The translations under genes and the position numbers were made by a program. The notes under the pieces are model-generated. The model searched no databases, was not told the DNA's origin, and saw only the letters and a list, made by a program, of their open reading frames with translations. DNA of 63,668 nucleotides, filler included, from Octopus bimaculoides (Eukaryota): assembly GCF_001194135.2 (NCBI RefSeq). It is 3 parts of 3 records of this genome, joined end to end, with 100 filler letters (N's around TTAATTAATTAA, not from the genome) between each part and the next. Parts side by side here need not be neighbours in the genome. Positions count along the whole stretch, not along the records: positions 47,016 to 63,668 come from NC_068981.1; 2 more parts are not named here. One strand, given 5' to 3'. This document shows, in pieces, positions 60,433-63,668 of the stretch (its first letter is position 1; the number at the start of each line of letters is the position of its first letter).

Positions 60433-62689
60433 TATATATTGTTTTAATACTCAGAATTCTTTTTTTTTATATTTCATATAATGTATACTCATTGATATTT
60501 TGGTTCTGGTTTGTAAGAATGGTGAAATTCTCGAAACTCCGTGTCAGGCTTTTATTGGAGTATATTCCAATTTGGTCTGTATTACTCGTCTTAGAACTCT
60601 TGTAGAATTTTTGCATTAAACTTGTCTATTTATTTATCTACTCTTGTCGTACTGGAGGTATGGGACACGTTGGCACAGTCGTTTTCGTTCCGCCTATTTG
60701 GCGTCATTGATTAGATGCTGGCTTATTAGGCATCAGAGATTTAAACTCTTCTCTCGTTTTAATGTTTCTCTTGCTCTTCTTTGTCTTTCTGTTTGTCTGT
60801 CTGTCTGTCTGTCTCTCTTTGTGTTTATGAGTGTTAGCGTATTTCTCTTTATGTGCATCAAGATAAGGAAAGCGTTTCTGTCATGTTCAGTTAATAAATT
60901 GTAATGTCACCCTCTCTGTCTCTGTCTGTATCTGTCTCCCACTATCGCTCTCTCTCTTGCTCTATCTGTCTGTATATATTTCTGGGCGCACGTGCGTATA
61001 TGTCTGTGCGTGTGTGTGTTTGATTCCGGTGCCTAAAACTATTATTGCCTAAACAGTCTCAGTGTCGAATTAACCGTGTCATATCGCCAACATCCGAAAA
61101 GCCACGGCCAAACGTCTCATTTTATCGTACTGGGTTGGGTCTTCGAAGATATCCGTGTATATTTTAATTTCGTGTCGCTTTCTAAATTCATCAACTAGCT
61201 AACTGATGTTTTCATCTACATGCGCAGGTATTCTTGATATTTCAGTCTTACAATTGTTCCTTAAATCTATTCTGAGTAGCAGAATGGCTGTAATATTATC
61301 CGAGGTTTATATACGTGAGGAGGCACCACTGCTGTTGGAATTTCCCCTAACACTAAGCAGCTGCGTTTCTATCATTAGTTCAAAGGGCGAACTATAAGAG
61401 TCAGCATTTACATAGTGAAAATCTTACGAGTGGTGATATGCTGCTTATGTATTCAGTTATCAGGAAATTATATTTACTCTCTTGAGGTATGTACTTATTA
61501 CACATTCCTTGAGAAATCCATCAATTCTGAGGGCTTAATCTTGTCGAAGATACTTGCTTTTCTCACTTGTCTGCATAGGCATTTCGCAAGTGTGCCCTCA
61601 TAAAATATTCATGTATGGGTGTATTTATTTATCTAATTTATCTTCATTTATATGAATACACATGTGAAGCAATTTGCAATACAGTCTATACAGACAGGTG
61701 AAATGTATATGTTCGAAAGATGTACCTGTCAAATATGATAGTACAGTTAGAAAACTTTATACGTATATTCATGTATATTCTTAAGTACAAATATGTACAC
61801 ACACAGACGCAGACACGCGCACACGTGCACACACATACACACACATACATACACAAACATGCATATATATAAATGCATGAAAGCGCATACTACTTCCCTA
61901 CTTGTTAAGAGTTTCAGTGTAAATTCTAACCGGTTGCTTGACCGGTTACAGCTTAATATGCATGCCTGCATACGCATGTATGTATTTATGTATGTATGAA
62001 CATACATATATATGTATACATGTACGTATGTATATGGAAATGTATAGGTGTTGTAGGGCCAAAGACTTAAGAATTTTGCTACGGCTATCATTCGTACTGC
62101 GTGGTATCTTGGGCAAACGTTATTTGGTTTACTTTCGGATCGATTCATTCCTTGTGTTTCAAATTGGGTAGACGGAAACTGACTGGAAGACTTTTCGGTG
62201 GGTTTCTATCTGTAATACAAAGATACAGTCTTGTCTCATGATTGGTCGAACTGATCCTGCTTGTAAATTACGTCAAGGATTAACGTGTTTGTAAAATAAT
62301 CAGCTACTTAGACGATAATTCGACGAACCACTATTTCACTTGATTGAACGACTGACAATGAGCAACCATGGATGCGGATCGAGACCGAAGTTTGCTATTT
62401 TATTTAATCTGATATTTTATACACTGAATGTATTCTTCACAGAGGATATATGGCATATCGAGCAATCCTTCAAATATTATCTATACCAGCACAATGAATA
62501 ATTCCGTCGTCGCGAGCTGGGAAATACTTCCAAATGAAGTTCAGGTGTATAGAGTCAAACAGAAACATTCATATATCATGTGCAGTGTTAGATAAAACAC
62601 AGGCAAATGTTTAAGAACGGCAAAATCAATGACACCTGCAACAGATGAATCTCAACCTCATCCACCATCTTGACTCTGTATTGGTTTCA

Positions 62690-63030
62690 AACTTTGGCAC
62701 TAGCTCAGCAATTTCGGGGGAAGAAGTTGATTACATCGACCCCATTACTCTGTTGCTACTTATTTCATCAACTCTGAAAAGATGAAAGGCAAAGCCAGCT
62801 TCGGCGGAATTTGAACTCATAACGAAGAGACGGACAAAATGTTACTAAGTGTTGTGTCCGGCGTGCTAACGCATCTGCTAGCTCGCCGATATATCTTAAC
62901 TCTATATCCTTTTCTACTCTTGGCACAAGGCCCGAAATTTTGGGGGAGGGGGCCAGTCGATTAGATCGCTCCCAGTACGCAACTGGTACTTAATTTATCG
63001 ACTCCGAAAGGATGAAAGGCAAAGTCGACC
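62690..63030 (-). mobile_element. Two tandem SINE-A copies
   Basis: Reverse complement of SINE-A body and tail, twice (gatgaaaggcaaag...cggcggaatttgaactc; ggcacaaggcccgaaattt...gtcgacc). Confidence 0.75.
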
Positions 63031-63329
63031 ACTTGCCAAATACTGCCCCAAATTCTTCATTTAGAATTTCAAAAATGTTATAGACAACTCACACTCTGTA
63101 GATTTCCCATTACCTTGAGTAATGTTACTGCTTTCAAATCCGTGTTGCAGGTTTGTGTTTCCCATTGATAAAAATGTATTTGATTTTGGATGTTTTTATA
63201 ATATTTTAACTATTGGTTTGTGGTCCTAGATCTTTCTATATGGATTATATCTGCGATGTTCTACATGACCAGCTTTAAATCAAGTGTTGTTGAACATAAC
63301 CATATTTTATATGCTCAGTATATTAAGTA

Positions 63330-63420
63330 CTAGCAGAAATACACGGCGTTGCCCGGGTTAAAGAGAATAATGAAATCTAAAAACGCCGTCTAGACTACGC
63401 ATCATCTTTATATATAGAGA
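63330..63420 (-). mobile_element. 91-bp mini-Helitron
   Basis: On the minus strand: A|TCtctatatataaag...cccgggcaacgccgtg (hairpin) tatttctgCTAG|T, i.e. a 5' TC, a 3' CTAG, a subterminal hairpin and an A|T target. Confidence 0.7.
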
Positions 63421-63539
63421 TGTATATACACACACGCACCCAAACACACGTATATATATGTATATCAATATAAATATATGAAAGTCAATGAACTTTCGTA
63501 AAAGAAGGTGATCATGTACATACTTTCTTGCTGTTGTGA

Positions 63540-63668
63540 TTATAACACCTCATTGTAAACTATGTTCCTTGTTTTCCCTTGTGGAGCATATACAAATAGG
63601 TTTTTTGTTGCTGCCCACTCTTGAGCAGCCAACATACAGCTGTCCATGTGAGAAGCAGGGCTCTTCCA
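63540..63668 (-). pseudogene. Helitron RepHel (Pif1 helicase) C-terminus
   Basis: EEPCFSHGQLYVGCSRVGSNK, a +1 frameshift in an A run, then LFVYAPQGKTRNIVYNEVL*. FSHGQLYVxxSR is the Helitron helicase motif VI. Confidence 0.85.

Noticed and set aside
62443-62545. Plus-strand exon candidate (RIYGISSNPS...PNEVQ)
   Set aside because: Weak donor and no recognisable homology.

Overview
AT-rich eukaryotic DNA, very rich in repeats and microsatellites, with about 6 kb of N gaps. The tRNA-derived SINE families and microsatellite load look like a coleoid cephalopod (octopus) genome; this is inferred from recognition, not from a search. No host protein-coding gene could be identified with confidence, and most predicted ORFs are microsatellite or gap artefacts. 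The window is a stack of transposable elements. It has at least five tRNA-SINE families (my labels A-E). The LINEs are a young Tx1/L1-like element (CCHC ORF1 plus APE ORF2), an older Tx1/L1 3' end, an R4/Dong RT fragment and a decayed RTE-like relic. There is also a Penelope GIY-YIG fragment, a Gypsy integrase, mariner, Tc1, Tigger and hAT relics and MITEs, a Helitron end, and a 28S rRNA fragment. The most interesting signal is a possible SINE-targeting LINE/SINE partnership: the Tx1-like LINE starts inside the tRNA-like head of SINE-A, and a SINE-A variant carries a tail resembling a Tx1 3' end and sits inside another SINE-A head. The second is a set of Penelope-type hammerhead ribozyme folds, including variant cores.
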